The position numbers were made by a program, and so were the translations under genes. A stretch of 64,000 nt of DNA. It comes from a virus (Duplodnaviria > Caudoviricetes). The stretch lies in IMG/VR virus record IMGVR_UViG_3300033074_001783, positions 32,001 to 96,000 of that record; one strand, given 5' to 3'. This document shows, piece by piece, positions 9,485 to 19,417 of the stretch. Below the pieces are notes generated by a model, which searched no databases, was not told the origin of the DNA, and worked only from the letters and a program-made list of their open reading frames with translations. Every line of letters begins with the position of its first letter. Within the stretch, counting starts at the first letter, position 1.

Positions 9485-10285
9485 TCACCCGTTGTATTGA
9501 CTGACATATTTTGGTGGCACTTTCCCATAAATGATGACCGTGTTCGGATCTATACCCTCTTCAACATCAAAGTGCATGTCTTCTATTCCAAGAGTGTGAG
9601 CCAAAGACATTTTCATGTCATATTCCACAACATCTGGTTCTTGACTGACCCTTGGCATGTAACCATCTGTTTTCATGGCATTGGTATCAATCACAACAAT
9701 TCCGCCACTTCCACCATAGTTGTAGCTTTGAGCCACACTTTCTTCTGTTGTTGCAAACACTGCTGCACCAACACCTGTATTTGTCATGCCTCTTGTGTCA
9801 TTTTTCGGAAGAATTCCGACAGACAATACGCCTTGTAGGTCATTTGTTCCGTGTAACAAATTCACAGGTCTTTCCCAAAACTCTTTATTAAATTGCTCGT
9901 CTGGATCACTCAAAGTATATTCAGACTCATGTCCATACGAAATAACTTTGTCCAACCATTTAGCCGCTCCAATTCGTTCATAACCATCTTCACCTGATGG
10001 AACATAAAGGAAATGATTGATTTTTCTATAGTCATCTCCTTCCCAACTGGAGTAGATTGTCTCCTCTGGAAAATCAATTCTTTTGAAGTGAATATTTGGA
10101 TTTTTTGAATGTTCTAGTTGGCTTAGTTTTACAAGAGCTTCATAGGATGGTATTTCATCATAGTTGGCTACAAACCAATCATTCATGATGCCTTTGTAGG
10201 CTTGTTCCATTGGAATAACCATCACATCTTCTGGCAACTCAACGGCTTCAAACAGAAGATTTGTCAATAACGAACGTTTGGTCAT
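9485..10285 (-). CDS. H-clade ADP-ribosyltransferase-fold protein with LxE leader
   Basis: LLHGT...GILP...VFATT...AQSY...IVVID...VPPKYV resembles ART/Tpt1-like NAD-binding folds; leader MTKRSLLTNLLFE-A. Confidence 0.6.
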   Translation of the reverse strand: MTKRSLLTNLLFEAVELPEDVMVIPMEQAYKGIMNDWFVANYDEIPSYEALVKLSQLEHSKNPNIHFKRIDFPEETIYSSWEGDDYRKINHFLYVPSGEDGYERIGAAKWLDKVISYGHESEYTLSDPDEQFNKEFWERPVNLLHGTNDLQGVLSVGILPKNDTRGMTNTGVGAAVFATTEESVAQSYNYGGSGGIVVIDTNAMKTDGYMPRVSQEPDVVEYDMKMSLAHTLGIEDMHFDVEEGIDPNTVIIYGKVPPKYVSQYNG

Positions 10286-10293
10286 GATGAATG

Positions 10294-10956
10294 TTAACTA
10301 GCAAGTTTCCACCCACCACAAGATGTTTTGGTTTTGCCAGATACCATGAGGTGCATTGCTTTATAGTTGAATCCTCTCTCCATGCACCATTTACGAAGAC
10401 TGGATGACAGGACAACCTTTTCACCTGTTAAGTTGTTAATGAGGTTATAGGTGGGAAACTTTGTGTTGTTCCACCGTTTGTTGGCGTCTTCTGCTGCTTG
10501 TTCGCGGAGAGCAGGATCTTGCCACGCTTGTTTGTTTGCTTGACCAATTGCTGCTTTGTGTTGCTCGTCATGTGGTTGGCAGCGTTTGTCGGTGAGAGGA
10601 TTGCAAGGTTCATTTTGTTTCTTGCCTTTACGTGTATCGCAAACGTCTGGTCGTAAATTGTAACAGCGTGTTTGTTTATCGTACCAAAGGTTCAGATAAA
10701 ACTGTTCTCGTAAGAGTCTCTGTTTTGAATCTTGCACAACCTCAAGAATTTCAATGATGAAATCTTCCGGTTTACATTTATTGAAATCGTTTTGCAGAAA
10801 TGTGTTTGCATGTCGTTGTTTCAACAGCGAATCAAGATGTTGAGGAAATCGTTTCTTAAAACGGTAGGTTGAACCAATGTAAAACCTACCGTTGGTTGTG
10901 TTGGTAAGTTTGTAGACGCCACCCTCGTTGCCAAACGAAGCATAAATGAATTTCAT
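10294..10956 (-). mobile_element. Free-standing GIY-YIG homing endonuclease
   Basis: GGVYKLTNTTNGRFYIGS...REQFYL...CYNL; paralog of 6432-7322; lies just downstream of the MCP terminator. Confidence 0.88.
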
Positions 10957-10962
10957 GTCTTC

Positions 10963-10991
10963 ATCTTACAGCGCCAAGACCCCAATGTGAA
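10963..10991 (-). promoter_or_regulatory. Sigma70-like promoter for the GIY-YIG gene
   Basis: TTCACA-N17-TAAGAT, ending 6 nt before the ATG. Confidence 0.45.
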
Positions 10992-11012
10992 GACCGAATG
11001 AGGCAGAAAATG

Positions 11013-11047
11013 AAGAAGGGAGAGGACTTTCGTCTCTCTCCCTTCTT
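11013..11047 (-). terminator. Intrinsic terminator downstream of the major capsid gene
   Basis: AAGAAGGGAGAG-AGAC-GAAA-GTC-CTCTCCCTTCTT stem-loop followed by a T-rich tract. Confidence 0.75.
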
Positions 11048-11069
11048 TTACTGACCTATGTCAAAGGCC

Positions 11070-13013
11070 CTATATGATGCCCATGTCAAGGATGGTGATT
11101 GTTGCGTAGAAGTCCGCACGAACCATCTTCTTGCCGTAGCGAGTCATCACACCCTTGCGAGGTGTAAAGTCCTCTTGGGCATAGATGACAGGGGTGAGGA
11201 TCAGAGGCACGTAAGGTGCGTAGATGTAACCTGTCTCAAGGAAGGTGTTACCCTTCAAACCGATGAGGATTTTGTTGGTTGGGAAGTAAGGATCCTTGTA
11301 AACCACATAGCGGTTGTTAAGAGTTCCTGTTGCTTCTGCACCGACTGTCATTCCTTCTTTTGTCTGACCATCAGCGTCAATCTTGTAATTGGCTCTGTAG
11401 GCTGTTGTGTGTTCAAGAATTGTACACACGTCAGGAGATGTGATCAGGAAGTTACCTGCTCCGCGCAATGTCTTCTTGTGGATGACGTTTGCAGCGTCGC
11501 TGATGGTCTCCAAAAGTGTCTGATACCACTGTTGAATGTCACCTGTGAATGCAGGGCCGGGTGAGAGTGTTCCCTGACGAGTTCCCTCTGTACCTGTCCA
11601 CTTGTTCACGAAACGACCGGGAGCTCTTGACCAGAAGTAGTTCGCAGCAGCCGCTTGGGTAAGCAAGTCGCTAAGAATCTCGCGGTCAATGTCCAAAGTA
11701 ACCATTTCGCTAAGGATGTTTGTCAGTTCTGCCTCAATGTCAATTGAGTAGAAGGCTGTCAAATCCTGTGCCATTTCAGGCGACCAGCGTGCTCTCAACT
11801 TGCGTGAAGTTGCTGTTACGGCCACTGATTCAATCTTGATGTCCACTTCAGGAATCTTGGGACTTGAGTCCAAAGCGAAGTCAGTTTCAAATGAAGGAAT
11901 CATCAGTGTGCTTCCGTCGTTGTTGACTGACAACGCATCTGAAATCACAGTTGAAGCTGTGAGAGCATGAGTTGTCGCATCACCAAGTGTAGGAGCGTTT
12001 CCTGTGTTGCTCAAGGCAACCAAGAACTGAACGTGTGATCCACCAAGAGCATCGGGTGTAAACAAACCTGTGATTGGGTTAAACGAACCACGCTTTGTCT
12101 TGGTACGGAGGTTCATCACCCCTGTGCCACCTTGATAGTTTGTACCCCAAGTTGTTGCACCACCGGGAGTTCCACCAAGACCAGTAATGGCGATTGCGTG
12201 GAGTGTCTCAAGGTCTGCACCAGCGATTTTGCTTGTGAGCTCTGAAGCTGACATGTGCACGAAGCAGAAGTCCAACACGTTGTTCGCAAGATCGTTTTCA
12301 ATTTGTGAATCAAAATCAGCGAAGCGTGCGTTATAGCCAACGAAATCTGCTGTGCTTTGCACTGTGGCGGTTGTTCCGGTTGTCCACACTGAACCTGATG
12401 ACCAGAAACCAACTGAGTCGGTTGGGGCAATCAAGTTAAGGGCTTGCTTGTGTACCTTTGTGAAGGTTGAACCACCAAGACCGTAGTGCCCACCTGTTGC
12501 CAATGAGCTTGAACGAATGTTCGCGCCTGTTGGAAGGTTGTACACTGACTGGCCACGAGTATATGTCTCATTGGCAGAACTTGTTGAAAGTGAAAGACCA
12601 GCGTCTCCACCAACGTTTGAACCATAAGTGTAGTCCAGATAGAAGAGCAGACCCGCAGGCAAGCTCATAGGCTGTACTGAAACCACTTCGTTCGCAATAA
12701 GGCCCGCGAAGACCTTACGCACGATTGGGAATGCGACGTTTGTGAAACCGGCAATTTGACCAGAAGAAGCCAGACCGGCTCCACCTGTTGAAATGCCGTT
12801 TGCCTCTTGAAGAACTTCACGAGCGCTTGGCCCGCGAAGAAGTTCTACCGCTTGGTTTTCAAGCAGTTTTGCCATCTTGTCTCGGTTGATTCCTGAAAGT
12901 CCTTGCAAAAGACCTGTTTCGGCCCACTTAGCCGTCATGCGGGCTGTGTCATGACCGAGCCCGCGTCGGCTCACGCCTTCCGCAAGTTGGTTTAGTGTGA
13001 ATTGTCTCGCCAT
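11070..13013 (-). CDS. Major capsid protein (T4 gp23-like)
   Basis: LLENQ, PIVRKVF...VSVQPMSLPAGLLFYLD, RKLRARWSPEMAQDL..., YAPYVPL, FTPRKGVMTRYG; AGGGAG RBS. Confidence 0.96.
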   Translation of the reverse strand: MARQFTLNQLAEGVSRRGLGHDTARMTAKWAETGLLQGLSGINRDKMAKLLENQAVELLRGPSAREVLQEANGISTGGAGLASSGQIAGFTNVAFPIVRKVFAGLIANEVVSVQPMSLPAGLLFYLDYTYGSNVGGDAGLSLSTSSANETYTRGQSVYNLPTGANIRSSSLATGGHYGLGGSTFTKVHKQALNLIAPTDSVGFWSSGSVWTTGTTATVQSTADFVGYNARFADFDSQIENDLANNVLDFCFVHMSASELTSKIAGADLETLHAIAITGLGGTPGGATTWGTNYQGGTGVMNLRTKTKRGSFNPITGLFTPDALGGSHVQFLVALSNTGNAPTLGDATTHALTASTVISDALSVNNDGSTLMIPSFETDFALDSSPKIPEVDIKIESVAVTATSRKLRARWSPEMAQDLTAFYSIDIEAELTNILSEMVTLDIDREILSDLLTQAAAANYFWSRAPGRFVNKWTGTEGTRQGTLSPGPAFTGDIQQWYQTLLETISDAANVIHKKTLRGAGNFLITSPDVCTILEHTTAYRANYKIDADGQTKEGMTVGAEATGTLNNRYVVYKDPYFPTNKILIGLKGNTFLETGYIYAPYVPLILTPVIYAQEDFTPRKGVMTRYGKKMVRADFYATITILDMGII

Positions 13014-13049
13014 TTTAGTTGTGCTCCCTATATTTCTTCTTGTTTCTAA

Positions 13050-15134
13050 CTAGACTTTGCTAGCGCTAATTCCTGCCAAACGCATCCAACGTTCTCTTGT
13101 TGGAGCGTATTCTTTATTTTCTGTTACGTTTGTGCTCTCATTCAAAGGAGCGCTTCCTGATTTCACTGTTGTAGAAGATGAACCAGAGGTTGTGACCTTC
13201 TTTGGTGAACGGTGCTCGTCAAGAACTTTCTTTACACGAGAATAAACTTCTTTCGCTTCCGCGAATGTTGAAGCCTCATCCATGTAACCAGTGATTTTCT
13301 TTTTCTGGTTTACAGACAAAGACTCAAGAGCAAGTAGTTTGTTCAAGTACAATGACTTGGCTGCAAGCAGTTTCATCTCTTGCAATTCTCTTTTTGTGTT
13401 GCGAAGTTGAACAGATTCCTTCACAACTGGTTTGCGTGATTCTGCAACAGGAGGTGAAATCTCTTCTTCCTCTTCATCATCGGCCAAAGGAGAACCATCG
13501 TCGTTGGTGATTTCATATTCCTCGTCACCATCTGGTTCACTGTGAGCTCCACCAAAATCATCGCCCTCTTCGTCAGAAGGTAAAGATGAAGCCATCGCGG
13601 GTTCAACAGGGTTGCTAACGCTTACGCCGCCGTTGCTGTCAACCTTGATGGTAACAGTAACACCACCATCACTACCTGCACCAAGCTCTTCTGCTTGCAT
13701 ACCGCACTCTTTGAGAGCTTTTGCGGCTTCTTTCAATGCCTTCAGTTTTGCAGCAAACTTTTTCTTTGCTTCCATTACAGCAACCGCGTTGGTGTTTACG
13801 GGTTTGCCGGGTGTCACTTTGTCCATGCCATCTGTCACTTTGTCGCCAAGGATTTCAGCGGCTTCGCCCATTGCTGGCTCTGACTCTTCGCTGTCCCCAA
13901 ACATTTCGCGAAGTTCTGCTTCAAGTTGCATGGCTTCTATGTCTTCTTCAAGATACCCAGAAGCGCCACCAACTTTAAGTGAATCTTCTTTGCCGGGATC
14001 TTTAATGTTTGATTCAGATGCTTTCATCGCGTGTTTGCCAGCGGCATTCTCGGTGTCAAGCTCTGCATCACCTTTTGGTTTCTCGGTACTATCACCGAAA
14101 CCAGCGCTACCTTTTGTTGGAGGTGCATTTTCAAAAAGACCTCTTGCAAATTTTCTCAAGTTTTCGCTACTCATTTTGTTCGTGTCCTTGTTCTTCGGAT
14201 ACGGATAACTATTGGTGTTTTCCGTAGATTCCTGAAGTTGTCTGTATAAACCTTCAAGACGATTTTCTTGAAGGCGTCCAAGTCGTTGAGGCACAAGTTT
14301 ATTTTCAACAAGTTTTTCCAATTTCCCCAACAAACCAAAGAGGTGTTGTTCCATTGCAAATTTTTGCATTTTTGTTGGTTTGGAGTTCAACAAAATATGA
14401 CTCTGTGTTCGTTTGACGGATTCCTTGAAATCTTCGTATGTAATTGCCTCTGTTTGTGTGTCTTCTTCCCCAAAAGGAGGCATGGAAGCATCTGTGTCTT
14501 CCCCTGTGGCCACAACGGGTGCAGGGGTTTCAGATGGGAATCCTCCAATTGGAGTTGTTGGTTCAGTTGGTTCTCCAACCCCCACGCCACCCGTCAAGAC
14601 AGGTTCTTGCCCTGTTGCACTCATTTGTGTCCAAAGGTCATCAAGAGAAACTACAATTTGTCCCGAAGCGTCTGGCAATGGAACGCTGCCAAGGCTTGCT
14701 GATGGAACACTGATTGGAGCTCCGGGGCCTTCAATGGAGGGGGCGCCAATGTTGGCAGGCATACCAGCCTCGGGCGCAACTGGACCGGGAGCAGGAGGCA
14801 CCGCTGGTGGTGGAGCGGGAGGCATTGCTTCTGGTGTGGGCACCGCGGAAGGGGTAGGAGCAGGCGCAGGAGGAGGAACAGCGGGTGGAGAACCCGGAGG
14901 TGCAGCAGCAGGAGGAGGAGCCGAGGCATCTCCTGTCACGTCCGCAAAAGGATCTTCTTCCTCCTGCAAATCATTCATCCCTTCTGTGAGATTGCTAAGG
15001 CTTTGGTTCAATTCTTTTTCAATCAAAGGTGTTATGGCTTCAATGATTGCATTTTTCGCTTGATGAAACGCTGCTTCCTTGTAGCGACCAACTTCTACAA
15101 GTGCTTCATCGTAAAGAGGACTGGAGTTATTCAT
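13050..15134 (-). CDS. Prohead core scaffolding protein (T4 gp22-like)
   Basis: Directly upstream of MCP; acidic, Pro-rich and coiled-coil; many LxE/VxE sites; C-terminal RWMRLAGI. Confidence 0.75.
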   Translation of the reverse strand: MNNSSPLYDEALVEVGRYKEAAFHQAKNAIIEAITPLIEKELNQSLSNLTEGMNDLQEEEDPFADVTGDASAPPPAAAPPGSPPAVPPPAPAPTPSAVPTPEAMPPAPPPAVPPAPGPVAPEAGMPANIGAPSIEGPGAPISVPSASLGSVPLPDASGQIVVSLDDLWTQMSATGQEPVLTGGVGVGEPTEPTTPIGGFPSETPAPVVATGEDTDASMPPFGEEDTQTEAITYEDFKESVKRTQSHILLNSKPTKMQKFAMEQHLFGLLGKLEKLVENKLVPQRLGRLQENRLEGLYRQLQESTENTNSYPYPKNKDTNKMSSENLRKFARGLFENAPPTKGSAGFGDSTEKPKGDAELDTENAAGKHAMKASESNIKDPGKEDSLKVGGASGYLEEDIEAMQLEAELREMFGDSEESEPAMGEAAEILGDKVTDGMDKVTPGKPVNTNAVAVMEAKKKFAAKLKALKEAAKALKECGMQAEELGAGSDGGVTVTIKVDSNGGVSVSNPVEPAMASSLPSDEEGDDFGGAHSEPDGDEEYEITNDDGSPLADDEEEEEISPPVAESRKPVVKESVQLRNTKRELQEMKLLAAKSLYLNKLLALESLSVNQKKKITGYMDEASTFAEAKEVYSRVKKVLDEHRSPKKVTTSGSSSTTVKSGSAPLNESTNVTENKEYAPTRERWMRLAGISASKV

Positions 15135-15146
15135 TTGTTACTTCCT

Positions 15147-15641
15147 TTAGATACGTGTCGCGCGACCCAATGTCAGAGAATCCCCAATCCTGCGAGGAAA
15201 TAATTGGCGAGCGGTTGTGTTGGGAGACGTGAGACCATTTCCGGCCCACGCGCCACCGGCACCTCGGTTTGCTTCAGTTGCAGCAACACCTGTTGCCGGA
15301 ATAGCGGAGGCGTCATCTCCGTGACCTTCTCCCGGTGAAACGATGTTTGGAGCATATGGTGAACCGGGAAGTCCACCTCCTCCCAATTCTACCGTTGAAA
15401 GGTCTGGGGCATCTTGGTAATAGCGGTTTACGCTGTTAAACGCATACCCGCCGTCATACAAAACACCATCTCTCAATTCCTCGGGAGCTTCAAAGGCGTG
15501 TCTCACCTGTTCGTCTGTTGAATAAGAGCCATCATAAACGGGAGAACTTGCGAAACTTGTTCTCAGAGACGCGCTGTCAGATCTGCCGTTTTCAAATGTT
15601 GTTGCTGGTACAGCAACGGTTAGTTGTCTGGTGGTTGGCAT
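15147..15641 (-). CDS. Hypothetical head-module protein
   Basis: 164-aa Gly/Pro-rich ORF in the head operon. Confidence 0.6.
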   Translation of the reverse strand: MPTTRQLTVAVPATTFENGRSDSASLRTSFASSPVYDGSYSTDEQVRHAFEAPEELRDGVLYDGGYAFNSVNRYYQDAPDLSTVELGGGGLPGSPYAPNIVSPGEGHGDDASAIPATGVAATEANRGAGGAWAGNGLTSPNTTARQLFPRRIGDSLTLGRATRI

Positions 15642-15672
15642 GTATTCTTACTTTCAAGAAGTAAGTATGCCT

Positions 15673-16008
15673 TCAACCGGGAAACACGGGCATGACACGA
15701 GGTTGAGTGTTGAAAGCCAAGGCTGCCCAACGATTGCCAATGGCGGGCTTCATTTGCTGTTGTTGAATGGGCATTTGCATTTGCTGCATCATGGACATTT
15801 GTGGGTCTGGTTCAGAATTCATCAACGTTTCTGCCAGAACGTTTTCCATCAGTTGATTGCCACCAGCCAACGATTGAATCCTATTTTGTGCCATAGGATT
15901 TATCATCATTTGTTGCTGTGGCATTTGTGAGTTTAAAGCACCTTCAGTGATTAACTCTTTCAAACATTCTTTAATGACACTTTTCAATTCAGAGCGAGTG
16001 ATTTTCAT
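15673..16008 (-). CDS. Small prohead core-like protein with LxE leader
   Basis: MKITRSELKSVIKECLKELITE-G followed by Q/M-rich low complexity; overlaps the protease stop. Confidence 0.6.
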   Translation of the reverse strand: MKITRSELKSVIKECLKELITEGALNSQMPQQQMMINPMAQNRIQSLAGGNQLMENVLAETLMNSEPDPQMSMMQQMQMPIQQQQMKPAIGNRWAALAFNTQPRVMPVFPG

Positions 16009-16625
16009 TTTAGTTTTGCACCACTTCCAAGTATTTCATTCAAAACACGATCTACTCTATCTGATTTTTTGAAGATTTGTTTCAAAATTGTTGGATCAAT
16101 TTGTTTTGCTTCTGACAAGCGCATGAATGCTCCGTGTGTTGAAGGTTCAGATACAAAATCCCAACAAATTATCTGCAAGTCATCTTGGACAACATCTGTT
16201 CCATTTTTCTTTTGGACAGAACCAAGAGCTCTTGATGAAATACCCGGAACACCACCTGTTTTCAAAATAGTTTGGATGATGCCACCCGATGTTGGAGCAG
16301 GCATCACCAACACTTTTCCATAAATGTCTGCCCCCTTGGCCCAAATGTCCAAAATACGGTGAGAAGCATTTTTTACGTTAACAATTGGAGTATCGCTGTG
16401 GTCAACCTCTCCAAAAGCTCTGTTTTCTCTGATGAGTTTTTTGTAGTTTTCTATTTCACGCATCAAAATTTCATAAGGATACACACGACCATTTTGGTTT
16501 TCTGCATCTGCTCTCTGAAGAATGCCTTTCACAATCATTGCACCATCTTCACGAGTTTCCATCGTGTCATGGTCATATTCAAATGCCCTGTACTCTTTCA
16601 ACAGATATACTGGTTTTTCGTTCAT
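16005..16625 (-). CDS. Prohead core protease (T4 gp21-like)
   Basis: NQNGRVYP, GEVDH, GISSRALGS, DFVSEPSTHGA. Confidence 0.93.
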   Translation of the reverse strand: MNEKPVYLLKEYRAFEYDHDTMETREDGAMIVKGILQRADAENQNGRVYPYEILMREIENYKKLIRENRAFGEVDHSDTPIVNVKNASHRILDIWAKGADIYGKVLVMPAPTSGGIIQTILKTGGVPGISSRALGSVQKKNGTDVVQDDLQIICWDFVSEPSTHGAFMRLSEAKQIDPTILKQIFKKSDRVDRVLNEILGSGAKLK

Positions 16626-17435
16626 TCAACTATCCCTCAATTCTTTCTCAAGTTTATCAAGAGATAAATAGAAATTCACATTCTCTGTTGTTGGCTCAGT
16701 TTTCTTTTCAAGCAACACTTTGACGTTTTTAAGTTTCTCTTTGACCGATTGATCAAACTCATCATCCTGCAATGCCGACTCTATTAAAGGAAGAATTCTT
16801 TTTCTTTCGTTCTGCAACTTTAAAGAAAGTGCTTCACTGTTTCCGTTTAATTTAATGATTTCTTTTTGATTCTCTGTAAGAGAAGAACCAAATTTGTTGT
16901 TTATTTTTTCGGCCAACACTTTCAGCAACAACGAGTTGACACCGGGAGTTTTCAAGTCCGATAGGTTTGGTGTCACAGGAGTTTTGTGGTTTGCCATGTG
17001 TTCTATGATTTTTGCTTCACAAAGCAAAGTGCTCTTTTTGAGAGTTCTGTTTTTTCTCCATTCAAAGAACAGCGTTTGTATTGCAACCACAACATCGTCT
17101 TTGGCTTCTACTGTAAAACTATCCTTGAATGATTTTCTCATTTCATCACAAAAATCATTTTTCTCTTTTACTAGGATTTTGTCATCTAGTTGACAAATCT
17201 CTGTTTTTACTCTTTCAAGTATCGGCAAAGGTGTTGAGGTGTTTGTTTTGTGCAGAATGTTAAAACACTGTAGCTCTTTACCCAACTGTGTTTGTGGGTT
17301 GAAATACTTCAATGCAATATTTTTAGTTTTTTTGTAATCGTTTTTTCTGCCATTAACGATATGCGAAGCCATTAACTTGGTAACAGCTTCGTAAATTAAA
17401 CCAACATTTTGCATGTTTTTGTGTTTGTAACTCAT
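16626..17435 (-). CDS. Hypothetical protein between portal and protease (prohead core candidate)
   Basis: 269-aa helical ORF; KH.K..N.GLIYE start; synteny. Confidence 0.6.
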   Translation of the reverse strand: MSYKHKNMQNVGLIYEAVTKLMASHIVNGRKNDYKKTKNIALKYFNPQTQLGKELQCFNILHKTNTSTPLPILERVKTEICQLDDKILVKEKNDFCDEMRKSFKDSFTVEAKDDVVVAIQTLFFEWRKNRTLKKSTLLCEAKIIEHMANHKTPVTPNLSDLKTPGVNSLLLKVLAEKINNKFGSSLTENQKEIIKLNGNSEALSLKLQNERKRILPLIESALQDDEFDQSVKEKLKNVKVLLEKKTEPTTENVNFYLSLDKLEKELRDS

Positions 17436-17440
17436 GACTG

Positions 17441-19417
17441 TTAAATAGTGCCTTGGTGCATTGCATCTTTCAACAAGTCCAAAAGCACCAACTCATCATC
17501 TGGTTCTTCATTTTCATGTAAGATTTCAATGTCCAACATCATTTTGTTGTTCTTTTGTGATTTTTCAAATCTCTGCAACTTTGAAATTAAATTACGACCA
17601 AGACTCTCTGGTATTCCAGACTTCTTAACTCTGCCATCGCGATAAGATTCACGCTTCAAAAATCCATCTTCTTCCAAGTTCATATCCAACATTTTTCTAA
17701 AATCAACGAGGTTGAATGTTGAACCATCACGTTTTTTATTTGTGTTTCGTGAAGGAGACATGTTGGGATTGATTGGAACCTTGGAACCAATTGATGAATT
17801 TGCAGATTTAATCTGTTCTGATTCCTCAGAAGGCAAAGGAGACGGCCTTGGAGCAATCTGCGGATTGTTTGTGGCGGGTGGCTGTTGATTGCTGCTGCTG
17901 TTTGGTGTTTTGTTTTTTGTGTTTGGTATTTGATAATTGGACGCATCAAACACGTCCACCAAAGAACTGGACGTATCTTCTCCATTTTCATTCTTTGGGG
18001 GCTCCAATGCCTCAAGTGTTTTCTTTCTTAAAGCATCTTTCTCGCGACCAAGACGTATCTTGTTGATTGTGTCCATTCTGAATCCAAGAATTTCTTTTTG
18101 AATCCACTCTTCATCAACCAACTCAGAATCTTTGGCTTTGGAAGCGTTTTCAAAACGAAGCGTCCAGATGTTAAGCTTTTGTTGCAACGCAATGGTGCTT
18201 GGATTGGAAAGCTTCAATTCAAAATCTTGAAGATCTTCTCCATCAAAGCCTTTTGCATACAAATGCAAAACTGCAAGTTGATTTAACTCTGCAATGATGA
18301 TCTTCTGAAGGTTAGTGATGGTTCTTGAAAAACGAATATCTTCTTGAGATAAAGTTGCTTTGGAAGACAAACCATCTTCATAACCAAGATACGCTCTCGG
18401 AACTTTTAGTGCCGCCGTGAGTTTCTTTTGAATATATTCAACATCTTCTATCGCACTTACGTGTTGACCACCAGCAAGCGAATCAATTTTGGTCGCGCTG
18501 TTTGGTCTTGTTGGAAGGAAGTAATCCTCAAGAACATCAATTGGGTTGTGTCTTTCATCGGATCTTCCTGTTAAACGATCTATTGAAGTGTTTGTTCTAA
18601 TCGCTTGCTTGGCCTGTTCCATGTAGTTTGGAACATCGTTTGGGTGAATACCAGAAACGTCAATATAAAAAACCCTTCTTTCAGGAGATCTTACAAGGCG
18701 ATAAACCAACATGGCGTCTTCCAACATGACCAGTTGACGCCAGATTTTCCTTGACGATTCAAGAAAAGATGTACCATACGGAATGAAAATGTCGTTGCTT
18801 ACGACTCTGAAATGCAGCACTTGCCAATTTTCAAGATATTTGCCCGCACCACCTGTTGTGAGTTTGAACCTGACAGCATAAGGATCTTCTGGATCATATC
18901 CCTCTTGTCTTTCAATGTCGGTTATCTTGATCGTCTCAACAAGTGAAACGCCCACATCGGGCATTACCTCTACGTGCAAAAACGTGTCTCCATACTTAAC
19001 CAAGTTACGAATCCATCTCCGCAACTCAAAGTCAACATTGCAAACATCATAAAACAACTCTTCAAGAGCACGTTGAATGTCTGTGTTGTCTGAAAACACA
19101 TGAAAACAACGACCGTTTTCATCTCCCGAACATGATTCATCTGCAAACAGATCTAGGGCAGTTGATATTGCCCCTTCATATTCCATCTCTGCGTATTCTC
19201 TGTATCTTACTTCTCGGTCAATTGCAGCATATGCACCAAGCATATTGAAAGGCGTGCCACCCTTACCTCCATAAAAACTTTGACCTGTTTGATGAATGCT
19301 TTGAGCATTCGTTAACTCTTGATTCAGGTTTTGGTTTTTAATTTTTCTTCTTAAAGCAGGACCAGAACGAAAAATTCTGTTTAATCGCTGATAAAAATTC
19401 TCATTTGCTGTGTTCAT
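17441..19417 (-). CDS. Portal protein (T4 gp20-like)
   Basis: LEDAMLVYRLVRSPERRVFYIDV, EDYFLP, KKLTAALKVPRAYL, EDIRFSR. Confidence 0.95.
   Translation of the reverse strand: MNTANENFYQRLNRIFRSGPALRRKIKNQNLNQELTNAQSIHQTGQSFYGGKGGTPFNMLGAYAAIDREVRYREYAEMEYEGAISTALDLFADESCSGDENGRCFHVFSDNTDIQRALEELFYDVCNVDFELRRWIRNLVKYGDTFLHVEVMPDVGVSLVETIKITDIERQEGYDPEDPYAVRFKLTTGGAGKYLENWQVLHFRVVSNDIFIPYGTSFLESSRKIWRQLVMLEDAMLVYRLVRSPERRVFYIDVSGIHPNDVPNYMEQAKQAIRTNTSIDRLTGRSDERHNPIDVLEDYFLPTRPNSATKIDSLAGGQHVSAIEDVEYIQKKLTAALKVPRAYLGYEDGLSSKATLSQEDIRFSRTITNLQKIIIAELNQLAVLHLYAKGFDGEDLQDFELKLSNPSTIALQQKLNIWTLRFENASKAKDSELVDEEWIQKEILGFRMDTINKIRLGREKDALRKKTLEALEPPKNENGEDTSSSLVDVFDASNYQIPNTKNKTPNSSSNQQPPATNNPQIAPRPSPLPSEESEQIKSANSSIGSKVPINPNMSPSRNTNKKRDGSTFNLVDFRKMLDMNLEEDGFLKRESYRDGRVKKSGIPESLGRNLISKLQRFEKSQKNNKMMLDIEILHENEEPDDELVLLDLLKDAMHQGTI

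Noticed and set aside
6432-10956. GIY-YIG genes as group I intron-encoded ORFs
   Set aside because: The flanking genes appear complete, and the intergenic gaps are too short for an intron core
13612-15063. Long plus-strand ORFs (198, 144 and 216 aa) opposite the scaffold, and similar shadow ORFs throughout the window
   Set aside because: Antisense shadows of well-supported genes, with no motifs or start signals
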